A stretch of DNA of 28,858 nucleotides from a virus (Duplodnaviria > Heunggongvirae > Uroviricota > Caudoviricetes). The translations under genes were made by a program, and so were the position numbers. The stretch lies in the IMG/VR virus record IMGVR_UViG_3300021255_001482, positions 74,382 through 103,239 of that record, one strand, 5' to 3'. Shown in pieces: positions 1 through 7,024 of the stretch (position 1 is the stretch's first letter; each line of letters begins with the position of its first letter). The notes under the pieces were generated by a model. The model did no database searches, was not told the origin of the DNA, and saw nothing but the letters and a program-made list of their open reading frames with translations.

Positions 1-1
1 G

Positions 2-112
2 ACTTGGCGAGAAAAAATAAATAAAATTTATCCATATTGCCCTCATTGTGGCGCCCGCAAGAAATGGTATAATGAAAAACCAAAGAAAATAGAAAAATAT
101 TCATGGGAGTGA
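2..112 (+). CDS. 3' end of a small CxxC (Zn-ribbon-like) hypothetical protein, truncated by the window start
   Basis: Manual translation from base 2: TWREKINKIYPYCPHCGARKKWYNEKPKKIEKYSWE*, with TGA at 110-112 just ahead of the next gene. Confidence 0.6.
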   Translation, partial: TWREKINKIYPYCPHCGARKKWYNEKPKKIEKYSWE

Positions 113-116
113 TAAT

Positions 117-377
117 ATGTCCAATTATGAAACAAGGCAACCCGATATTAATATTATTGCTAATTTAGATTTAGATAGTAGTAACGCCAACGAACATATT
201 AAAGAAGTTAAAGAAAATCTTGAAGAACTTGCAGAACTAATTGAAGAAATTGAATTACCAGACATTCGCCCAATCATAAATTTTTATGGTTGTTCTTTTA
301 ATTTTGCTAATGATGGATGTGCCGAAGCAAGATATTATAATGGTTCTGATATTTATAATCAAAGAAAGGAAGATTAA
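117..377 (+). CDS. Hypothetical protein (86 aa, acidic)
   Basis: ORF track. SD-like GGGAGTGAT upstream; stop abuts the next ATG at 379. Confidence 0.7.
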   Translation: MSNYETRQPDINIIANLDLDSSNANEHIKEVKENLEELAELIEEIELPDIRPIINFYGCSFNFANDGCAEARYYNGSDIYNQRKED

Positions 378-378
378 A

Positions 379-1098
379 ATGAATAGAATCTTCATTACTG
401 GTGACCTTCATTTGAATATTGATATTAAAAAATTGAGTTTTAAAAATTGGCCTTCCTCACGCGAACTTGATAAAGAAGATACACTCATTATTTGTGGTGA
501 TGCTGGACTTACTTGGAATGACTCAAATGAAGTTAAGTATTGGTGTGATTGGCTTGAAGATAGACCTTATACAGTAATTTCTGTTCTTGGCAATCATGAG
601 AATTATGACCTTCTTCGCGCGATTCCAATTACCGAGTGGCATGGCGCAAAAGTTCGTAGAGTGCGGCCGCACGTCATGTATATAGAAAATGGTGAAATTT
701 TCACTATTAATAATCAAACTTTTTTCTGTATGGGCGGAGCGACTTCTGTGGATAAAGTTTATCGTAAAGAAGGTAAATCTTGGTGGCCGCAAGAAATACC
801 TACTTGGGATGAAATGGATTATGCCGCTAATAATCTTCGCTTACATAATTTCCAAGTAGATAATATCATTACCCATTGTGGTCCAAATTATATTGTGGAT
901 AAACTCTTTCCTTATGAAAACGCACACGATGATATTACAAACTTTCTTGAAAAGTTTGTAAGAATGACCACCACCTTTAATAAATGGTATATGGGCCATT
1001 ATCATGTTGATCGTTGTTATGACGATCAAAAATTTAATATTCTCTACCAAGACATTCTTGAAATTATGCCTGATAGAAGATGGGAGATAATAGCATGA
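379..1098 (+). CDS. Calcineurin-like metallophosphoesterase
   Basis: Motifs GDLH, CGDAG, GNHENY, ITHCGP, GHYH. Start reassigned from 286 to ATG 379 (MNRIFITGDLH), which has AAGGAAG upstream and removes an overlap with 117..377. Confidence 0.9.
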   Translation: MNRIFITGDLHLNIDIKKLSFKNWPSSRELDKEDTLIICGDAGLTWNDSNEVKYWCDWLEDRPYTVISVLGNHENYDLLRAIPITEWHGAKVRRVRPHVMYIENGEIFTINNQTFFCMGGATSVDKVYRKEGKSWWPQEIPTWDEMDYAANNLRLHNFQVDNIITHCGPNYIVDKLFPYENAHDDITNFLEKFVRMTTTFNKWYMGHYHVDRCYDDQKFNILYQDILEIMPDRRWEIIA

Positions 1099-1463
1099 GT
1101 TATGAATATAAAACAGCAATGAAGAAAGATATATTAGATTATATTGATTCTAGCATTACATTAGAAGATTGGGAATTCCGCACTGACCTTGAAGATTATT
1201 TGTATAGCGAATTATGGGCGGACGATTCTATTACTGGTAATGGTGGCAATTATTATGACACAGAAATATCTTGTGAATCTTATCTTGCTTATAACCTTGA
1301 TTTGATGATGGAAGCTTGTGAAGAATTTTGCGTGGATATGAAAATTCTTTTACAGCATTATCATGATGAAGATTTAGCTAGATTTTTAGATTGCACTATA
1401 CGTTGCTATTTACTTGGAGAGATTCTTTATGATGTTTTAAATGAAATTTGGAAGTCAGAATAA
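1095..1463 (+). CDS. Hypothetical phage protein (acidic)
   Basis: ATGA overlap with the upstream stop at 1095-1098 and GGGAG upstream; ORF track begins at 1080. Confidence 0.7.
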   Translation: MSYEYKTAMKKDILDYIDSSITLEDWEFRTDLEDYLYSELWADDSITGNGGNYYDTEISCESYLAYNLDLMMEACEEFCVDMKILLQHYHDEDLARFLDCTIRCYLLGEILYDVLNEIWKSE

Positions 1464-1466
1464 GAT

Positions 1467-1495
1467 TTGACTTCCTATTTAATTTCTGATATAAT
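1467..1495 (+). promoter_or_regulatory. Sigma-A/sigma70-type promoter (extended -10) for the MTase cassette
   Basis: TTGACT-N17-TATAAT with TG at -15/-14. Confidence 0.85.
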
Positions 1496-1523
1496 ATTTA
1501 TAGAAAAAAGGAAGTGATTTCTA

Positions 1524-2429
1524 ATGGGAAATGAAAATTTACATCAGGCATTAAAAAATAAAAATGATGAATTTTATACTTTTTATGAGGATATAGAAAA
1601 AGAATGTAATAATTATATATCTTTTTTTAAGAACAAAAAAATATATTTAATTTGTGATAATGATGAAAGTAATTTTTGGAAATATTTTTTAAAATATTTT
1701 AATGAATTTAAATTAAAAAGTTTAACTGCAACATCCTTATCTTTTCCAAAAGGAAAATATTTTTATACAACAGATGGAAAGAATATTATTTTTAAAAATT
1801 TAATTGAAAATGGTGATTTTCAAACTCTAGAGGTTCAAAAAATATTAAAAGAACAAGATATTGTTATTACTAATCCGCCTTTTTCTTTATTTCGTAAACT
1901 AGTTACTTTATTAGAACAGTATAATAAACAATATTTATTAATTGGTAATGAAAATACTTTAGCATCTACAGAAATTTTTCCATTATTTAAAGACGAAAAA
2001 ATTACTATGGGATATAATAAAGTTAAAACTTTTTTTACTCCAAATAATGAAATAAAAACTTTTGGCAATATTACTTGGTTTACAAATTTACCAATTCAAA
2101 AATTAATAAAGCCATTAAAATTAACTAAAAAATATGATGAAAATATTTATAAAAAATATGATAATTTTGAAGCTATAAATATAGATAAGGTAACTGAAAT
2201 TCCTTTAGATTACAATGGAGTTATGGGTGTACCAATTACTTATTTAAATAAACATAATAATAAACAATTTAAAATTTTAGGATTAGCTGCTGGTAATACT
2301 AAAAATAACAATTTAAATTTTGATGTAAAATATACCCCATCTCCTTTAGATAGAGGAGGATGTGGAGTTATTAATGGTATTAGAAAATATAGTAGAGTAT
2401 TTATACAAAAAAGAAAGGAAGATGAATAG
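1524..2429 (+). CDS. Adenine-specific DNA methyltransferase, EcoRI-methylase family
   Basis: N-terminal KNDEFYT..EDIEKE, motif IV DIVITNPPFSLFR, then IGNEN..., INID and GVMGVPITYL, matching the M.EcoRI-like family as I recall it. About 20% GC in sampled lines. Confidence 0.88.
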   Translation: MGNENLHQALKNKNDEFYTFYEDIEKECNNYISFFKNKKIYLICDNDESNFWKYFLKYFNEFKLKSLTATSLSFPKGKYFYTTDGKNIIFKNLIENGDFQTLEVQKILKEQDIVITNPPFSLFRKLVTLLEQYNKQYLLIGNENTLASTEIFPLFKDEKITMGYNKVKTFFTPNNEIKTFGNITWFTNLPIQKLIKPLKLTKKYDENIYKKYDNFEAINIDKVTEIPLDYNGVMGVPITYLNKHNNKQFKILGLAAGNTKNNNLNFDVKYTPSPLDRGGCGVINGIRKYSRVFIQKRKEDE

Positions 2430-3010
2430 TGTATTATAAAGAGGTTGCTAAAAGTGGTTATAATTTTTTACTTAATCGCTTTAAAATTCAAAGAGAAATG
2501 AATCAAAATGATGGAGGAGCTCTACGAAGCTTCTCTGGAGATACGGTAGAGCTTTTTATGGATAAAATTTTTAATGAATTTAAAAATTATTATAATTTAA
2601 ATAATTATAGTTTTAAAGTAGGTTCAACTTCTCCTGTAATTCTTGGGGATGGAGATATTAAAGAATCTGTTGATAGACATCTTTATAAAAATAACATTTT
2701 ACTTTGTGGTATTGAATGTAAAACTTATACTGATAAATGTTATATGCAAAGAGCCGATAGTGATTTTAATTTAATGAAAACTGATTTAACTTTTCAAGGG
2801 TGGATTGTTTCATTAGAAAACGGTATTAAAGATACTACTTCTAAATTTTTTATGTCTAGAAAAAATATTGATAAAATATATTATTTAGCTACTGGTAAAA
2901 GACAAAGTAAAGAAGAAAAAAGAATTTATAATAATCCAGAAAGATTACAATTAAATTTAATTGAATTGCTTTGTAAAGATCTTGAAGAAAAATTTTTTAA
3001 GGAGCAATAA
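2429..3010 (+). CDS. Putative PD-(D/E)xK nuclease, possibly a type II restriction endonuclease partner of the MTase
   Basis: GTG start overlaps the MTase TAG. VD-x(12)-IECKTYTDK resembles a restriction-type catalytic motif. Same very low GC as the MTase. Confidence 0.55.
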   Translation: MYYKEVAKSGYNFLLNRFKIQREMNQNDGGALRSFSGDTVELFMDKIFNEFKNYYNLNNYSFKVGSTSPVILGDGDIKESVDRHLYKNNILLCGIECKTYTDKCYMQRADSDFNLMKTDLTFQGWIVSLENGIKDTTSKFFMSRKNIDKIYYLATGKRQSKEEKRIYNNPERLQLNLIELLCKDLEEKFFKEQ

Positions 3011-3490
3011 ATGAAAATCTATCTTGCCGGTCCTTGCGATACAGAAAATCGCTATAATATGGTTCAAATTGCAAAAGTTTTCCGCGAATATGGACAGTAT
3101 GAAGTATATTGTCCATGGGAACTTAAAATTGAAAATGCTTGGGATATGCCACAAGAAGAATGGGCGCGAAAAGTCTTTGAAGCCGATATTAAAGCAATTC
3201 AAGAATGCGATACATTCGTTATGATTACTCCTGGCCGCGAAAGCACCGCAGGAACAAACTGGGAAAATGGTTACGCCTATGCATTAAATAAACATATTAT
3301 AATTATTCAGATTACCGATAAACCCACTTCTTTAATGACTTATGCTAGTGCTTCTGAATTTTTTAATTCTTCTTTAGCCGATTGTTTAGAAACTGTAAGA
3401 AGGATTATCAATTGTTGGGAACAGTGGGGATTATATATTGCTTTAAATGGTGTTGATGGAAATTATATGTGTAAAACGGTATTAACGTAA
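3011..3490 (+). CDS. Nucleoside 2-deoxyribosyltransferase-fold protein (probable nucleotide N-glycosidase)
   Basis: KIYLAGP, DIKAIQECD, GTNWENGYAYALNK with the catalytic Glu retained. Confidence 0.88.
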   Translation: MKIYLAGPCDTENRYNMVQIAKVFREYGQYEVYCPWELKIENAWDMPQEEWARKVFEADIKAIQECDTFVMITPGRESTAGTNWENGYAYALNKHIIIIQITDKPTSLMTYASASEFFNSSLADCLETVRRIINCWEQWGLYIALNGVDGNYMCKTVLT

Positions 3491-3648
3491 TGTGGAAAAT
3501 ATATAAAGAATTACGAAAATATTGGTCTTTCTTTAATTATTGCTATAATTGGGGACCTTGGTCAAAAGCAGAATGGATTTATGAAAATAGAATTAAACTA
3601 TTAGAAAAAGAACATCCAATATTAAGTTTTATTGCGATGATAATATAA
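3490..3648 (+). CDS. Small aromatic-rich hypothetical protein (52 aa), not in the ORF track
   Basis: TAATG coupling to the upstream stop. Translates as MWKIYKELRKYWSFFNYCYNWGPWSKAEWIYENRIKLLEKEHPILSFIAMII* and fills the gap before the SD of 3662. Confidence 0.55.
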   Translation: MWKIYKELRKYWSFFNYCYNWGPWSKAEWIYENRIKLLEKEHPILSFIAMII

Positions 3649-3661
3649 AGGTGAAAGGAGT

Positions 3662-4501
3662 ATGAGAGAAGTAACAGATAAAATGCGACTCGCGGCGAAA
3701 AAATATATTACTAGTCAATGGCGTGTAAAATATGGATTTTTAGAACCATTTGATATAGATGAAGAAAAAATTCAAGAAACATCTGGAGGCATTTATTTAA
3801 AATGTATTTGCCATTTCCCAGATTGCCCTACAATGAAAGATCCTAATCATCCTTATGCTAGTGTACGCGGCAGTAAACTAAATGGCCGTACTCAGATTTC
3901 ATGTGGAGCTTGCGCGAAAAAAGCTCGTCAATTAAGTGAATATAAATTTGAACAAATGAAGGTCGGAGATACTATTGGCTGTTGGCATTTAGATGAAGAA
4001 TTAAAAAATAAGGAACTTAAACAAAAAATGGGGTGGTCTGGCCATAGTAAATATTATAAAGCACATTGCATTTATTGTGGCATAGCAGATTATAAAAGTT
4101 CAGACCACTTAAAGGTTGGAGATAGCAGTTGTGTTTGCCGTAGTGGCAGTGCGAATGAAAAACGGTTAAATAGTTTATTAAAAAGAATTTTTAATAATAC
4201 CGATTTCTTTTATACATCAGAATATGCTTTTGATAAACAAAGAATTGATTTTGCTATATTTAATAAAAATGAAGAGCCGCTATTATTTATAGAATATGAT
4301 GGCGAATTTCATGATAAGGCTGAAATGCATGAAGGCGAGTTAGAACTTAATAAACAACGTGATGAAATTAAGAATTTACGCGCGGAACAATTGAATATAC
4401 CATTAATCAGAATTAATTATAAAGAACAGAATCATATTACAGAGCCCTGGCTACGACATCATATAGAAGAAATTGTAGGTCAAATAAAGGAGAATAAATA
4501 A
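3662..4501 (+). CDS. Zn-finger plus Vsr/DUF559-like endonuclease (free-standing homing-endonuclease type)
   Basis: N-terminal Cys clusters (CHFPDC, SCGAC, CIYCG, SCVC). C-terminal SANE...RIDFAI...IEYDGEFH...RDEIKN...IPLIRI. Confidence 0.75.
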   Translation: MREVTDKMRLAAKKYITSQWRVKYGFLEPFDIDEEKIQETSGGIYLKCICHFPDCPTMKDPNHPYASVRGSKLNGRTQISCGACAKKARQLSEYKFEQMKVGDTIGCWHLDEELKNKELKQKMGWSGHSKYYKAHCIYCGIADYKSSDHLKVGDSSCVCRSGSANEKRLNSLLKRIFNNTDFFYTSEYAFDKQRIDFAIFNKNEEPLLFIEYDGEFHDKAEMHEGELELNKQRDEIKNLRAEQLNIPLIRINYKEQNHITEPWLRHHIEEIVGQIKENK

Positions 4502-4708
4502 ATGGGATATAAAACTACAACAATTACCACATGCGATAGATGCGGCAAAGAATTAGAAAATTATAGACGTGAAAGAAAATGGAAACTATATAAGAAAATG
4601 TTTCGTTTAAATGATATTGATAATACAGATTGGCATGAAAAAAGTGATTTTATTTTATGTCCTGAATGTTATAAACAATTAAGAGAGTGGTTGAAGTCAA
4701 CTAATTAG
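4502..4708 (+). CDS. Small Zn-finger protein (68 aa)
   Basis: CDRCG...LCPECY; GGAG SD upstream. Confidence 0.75.
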   Translation: MGYKTTTITTCDRCGKELENYRRERKWKLYKKMFRLNDIDNTDWHEKSDFILCPECYKQLREWLKSTN

Positions 4709-4737
4709 TTGACTTTTTCTTTATTTTATGTTATAAT
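4709..4737 (+). promoter_or_regulatory. Sigma-A-type promoter for topoisomerase subunit B
   Basis: TTGACT-N17-TATAAT with TGn extension. Confidence 0.85.
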
Positions 4738-4763
4738 TAAATATAAAGAAAAGGAGGGATAAT

Positions 4764-6626
4764 GTGAATCAAAATTATGACATTAACTCCATTGAAAGTC
4801 TAGACTTCCGCACCGGCGTTCGTACCCGTATTCAAATGTATTTGGGGTCGGATGACATAGAAGGAACTTATCAGGCTTTAAAGGAAATTATAAATAATAG
4901 CACAGACGAAGCACTTGCCGGTTTCGGTAAACGTATTGAAATTGATGTAGATGAAAAAGAAAACGCCGTTATGGTACGCGATTATGGCCGCGGTGTTCCT
5001 TTTGGTATTCGTGAAAATGGTGAAAATGTATTGGTTTCCGTCTATACTCAATCTCATACTGGCGGTAAGTTTAATCATAATGCTTATAAAAATTCTAGCG
5101 GTCTTAATGGCCTAGGTGCGAGTTGTACTTGCCTGTCTTCTGAAAAATTTGAAGTTCAAAGTAATCGTGATGGTAAGTGCGCCTGTGCTTTCTTTGAAAA
5201 AGGCAATCTAGTTACTTATAAGGAAGGAACTACAAAAGACGCCAATGGCACATATGTGCGCTTTAAGCCTGACCCAGAAGTATTTTCCAATGGAGAAATT
5301 GGATATTCTTATGAGCGTATTTGCGCGGACATCAAAGACATTTCATATTTATATCCTGGTATTGAATTTATAGTTTCTTGTGGAAAAGAAACTAAGACTT
5401 ATTGTGCCAAAGAAGGAATTGTAGATTTTGTAAAAGAAATGGTTCAAAAGCCGCTACAAAAGCATATTATTACTGGTTCTGCTACTGATGGAACAGATAC
5501 GGTAGAAATCGCATTCCAATGGGGAACTAAGCGCGAAACACCATATGTATTCGTGAATGGTCTTCGTTGCCCTGAACTTGGAACCCCAGTAACTGGCGCT
5601 CGTGCGGCTATAACTAAGACTTTTAATAGCCTATCGGGCCAGAACTTTGATGGAGAATATATCCGCAAGAATCTATTTTATGTAGTTAATTGTAAAGTAG
5701 AAAATCCTTCATTTGCTAATCAAACAAAAACCAAGATTAATAATCCTTCTCTGCGAACTCTTGCTACAACCGCTTTTACTTCTGCTTTAAAGGAAATGAA
5801 CATTAAATATAATAGTGAATTTACCACTATTGTAGAGATGTTAAAGAAAATTGAAAAGGCGGAAGCCGCGGCTGAAAAGGCTCGTAATGCTGTCCTTAAT
5901 ATGGAAAAAAAGGAAACCGAGCACAAGAAGCAAAAAATTACTTCTTCTGATAAGTTTAAGGATTGTGAAAAGCATGGGCAGGATTCTATGCTAATTGTAT
6001 GTGAGGGTAATTCCGCACTTGGTGGTCTTATGCCCGCACGCGATGTTAATACAGAAGCGTTATACGCGGTACGTGGTAAAGTTAAAAATCTTTTAAAGCA
6101 CCCACTTGACGAGTGCCTTGAAAATCAAGAAGTTTCTGATATTATTATGGCTCTTGGTTGCGGTATTCAAAATAAGTATAATAGCAAGAAGTTAAATTAT
6201 GGTAAAGTTGCTATTGCTGTGGATGCTGATGCAGATGGTTACAACATTATGTGTCTAATTGCTACAATGTTCTATGTCCTTATGCCCGATTTTATTAAAG
6301 AGGGTAGACTTTGTTGGTTAAGAGCTCCGTTATATCGTTTAAGTAAAGGTGATAAGAGAGTATTTGCTTATAACGATGCTGAACTCGCAGAACTTCGTAA
6401 GAAGTATCCTACTTGGGAGCAAGGACGCAATAAGGGGCTTGGCGAAATGACAGCAGACGATATGGAGGCATCTATGCTTCATCCAACTGAACGGCATCTT
6501 GAAGTTTTAACTGTTCATGACGCGGAAGCCGCGGCTGAAAGCCTACAAATGCTTATGGGCAATGATGTTGACCCACGGCGTGAGTTTTTGTTTGAGAATG
6601 TTGATTTTAGTGTTTTGAATAATTAA
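4764..6626 (+). CDS. gyrB: Type IIA topoisomerase subunit B (GyrB/ParE-like)
   Basis: GHKL motifs EIINNSTDE, DYGRGVP, HTGGKF, GLNGLG. TOPRIM motifs EGNSA, RGK, DADADG and KGLGEM. GTG start with AAGGAGG SD. Gyrase versus topo IV is not resolved. Confidence 0.93.
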   Translation: MNQNYDINSIESLDFRTGVRTRIQMYLGSDDIEGTYQALKEIINNSTDEALAGFGKRIEIDVDEKENAVMVRDYGRGVPFGIRENGENVLVSVYTQSHTGGKFNHNAYKNSSGLNGLGASCTCLSSEKFEVQSNRDGKCACAFFEKGNLVTYKEGTTKDANGTYVRFKPDPEVFSNGEIGYSYERICADIKDISYLYPGIEFIVSCGKETKTYCAKEGIVDFVKEMVQKPLQKHIITGSATDGTDTVEIAFQWGTKRETPYVFVNGLRCPELGTPVTGARAAITKTFNSLSGQNFDGEYIRKNLFYVVNCKVENPSFANQTKTKINNPSLRTLATTAFTSALKEMNIKYNSEFTTIVEMLKKIEKAEAAAEKARNAVLNMEKKETEHKKQKITSSDKFKDCEKHGQDSMLIVCEGNSALGGLMPARDVNTEALYAVRGKVKNLLKHPLDECLENQEVSDIIMALGCGIQNKYNSKKLNYGKVAIAVDADADGYNIMCLIATMFYVLMPDFIKEGRLCWLRAPLYRLSKGDKRVFAYNDAELAELRKKYPTWEQGRNKGLGEMTADDMEASMLHPTERHLEVLTVHDAEAAAESLQMLMGNDVDPRREFLFENVDFSVLNN

Positions 6627-6636
6627 GGAGAATTAA

Positions 6637-6960
6637 ATGAAATCTCAAGAATTTTTTTATACAGCTAAGCCCATTAGGGAAAAAGTATCTAAACAAGAAT
6701 TTTTAAATTTTATCAAAAACTATCCACGCAAACTTGAAATAGATTGTTGTGGAATTAGTGACCCTCCTAGTATTACTTATAATGATTTTGAACTTGCTAA
6801 TAGATGGCCATATAGTATTGTAGCTTCAACATTTGCTTATGATGATAATCCAGATGATTATTTTTATGAACCAGAAGATAAAAGAGATTATTTTATCATT
6901 ATAAATTATGAAGAATTATTTAAATCTAAAACTGGTAATATAGCAAAAAGCAATGAATAA
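6637..6960 (+). CDS. Hypothetical protein (107 aa) between the topoisomerase subunits
   Basis: ORF track; AAGGAG SD. Confidence 0.75.
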   Translation: MKSQEFFYTAKPIREKVSKQEFLNFIKNYPRKLEIDCCGISDPPSITYNDFELANRWPYSIVASTFAYDDNPDDYFYEPEDKRDYFIIINYEELFKSKTGNIAKSNE

Positions 6961-6964
6961 AAGT

Positions 6965-6993
6965 TTGACTTCTCCTCAAAATCGTGATATAAT
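6965..6993 (+). promoter_or_regulatory. Sigma-A-type promoter for topoisomerase subunit A
   Basis: TTGACT-N17-TATAAT with TGn extension. Confidence 0.85.
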
Positions 6994-7024
6994 ATAATAA
7001 AGAAGAAAAGGAAGTGAAAACAAT

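Noticed and set aside
45-73. TATAAT at 68-73 and at 3545-3550 as additional promoters
   Set aside because: No good -35 box at 17-bp spacing, and both lie inside probable coding sequence in AT-rich DNA.
286-378. Longer upstream starts in the track (286, 1080, 23333, 23445, 25832, 27995)
   Set aside because: They create long overlaps with upstream genes. Downstream ATGs have better SD spacing or stop-start coupling and coincide with domain starts.
3959-4124. Near-repeat AAGGT(C/T)GGAGATA at about 3959 and 4112
   Set aside because: Only two 13-nt copies encoding KVGD within one protein; not an array.
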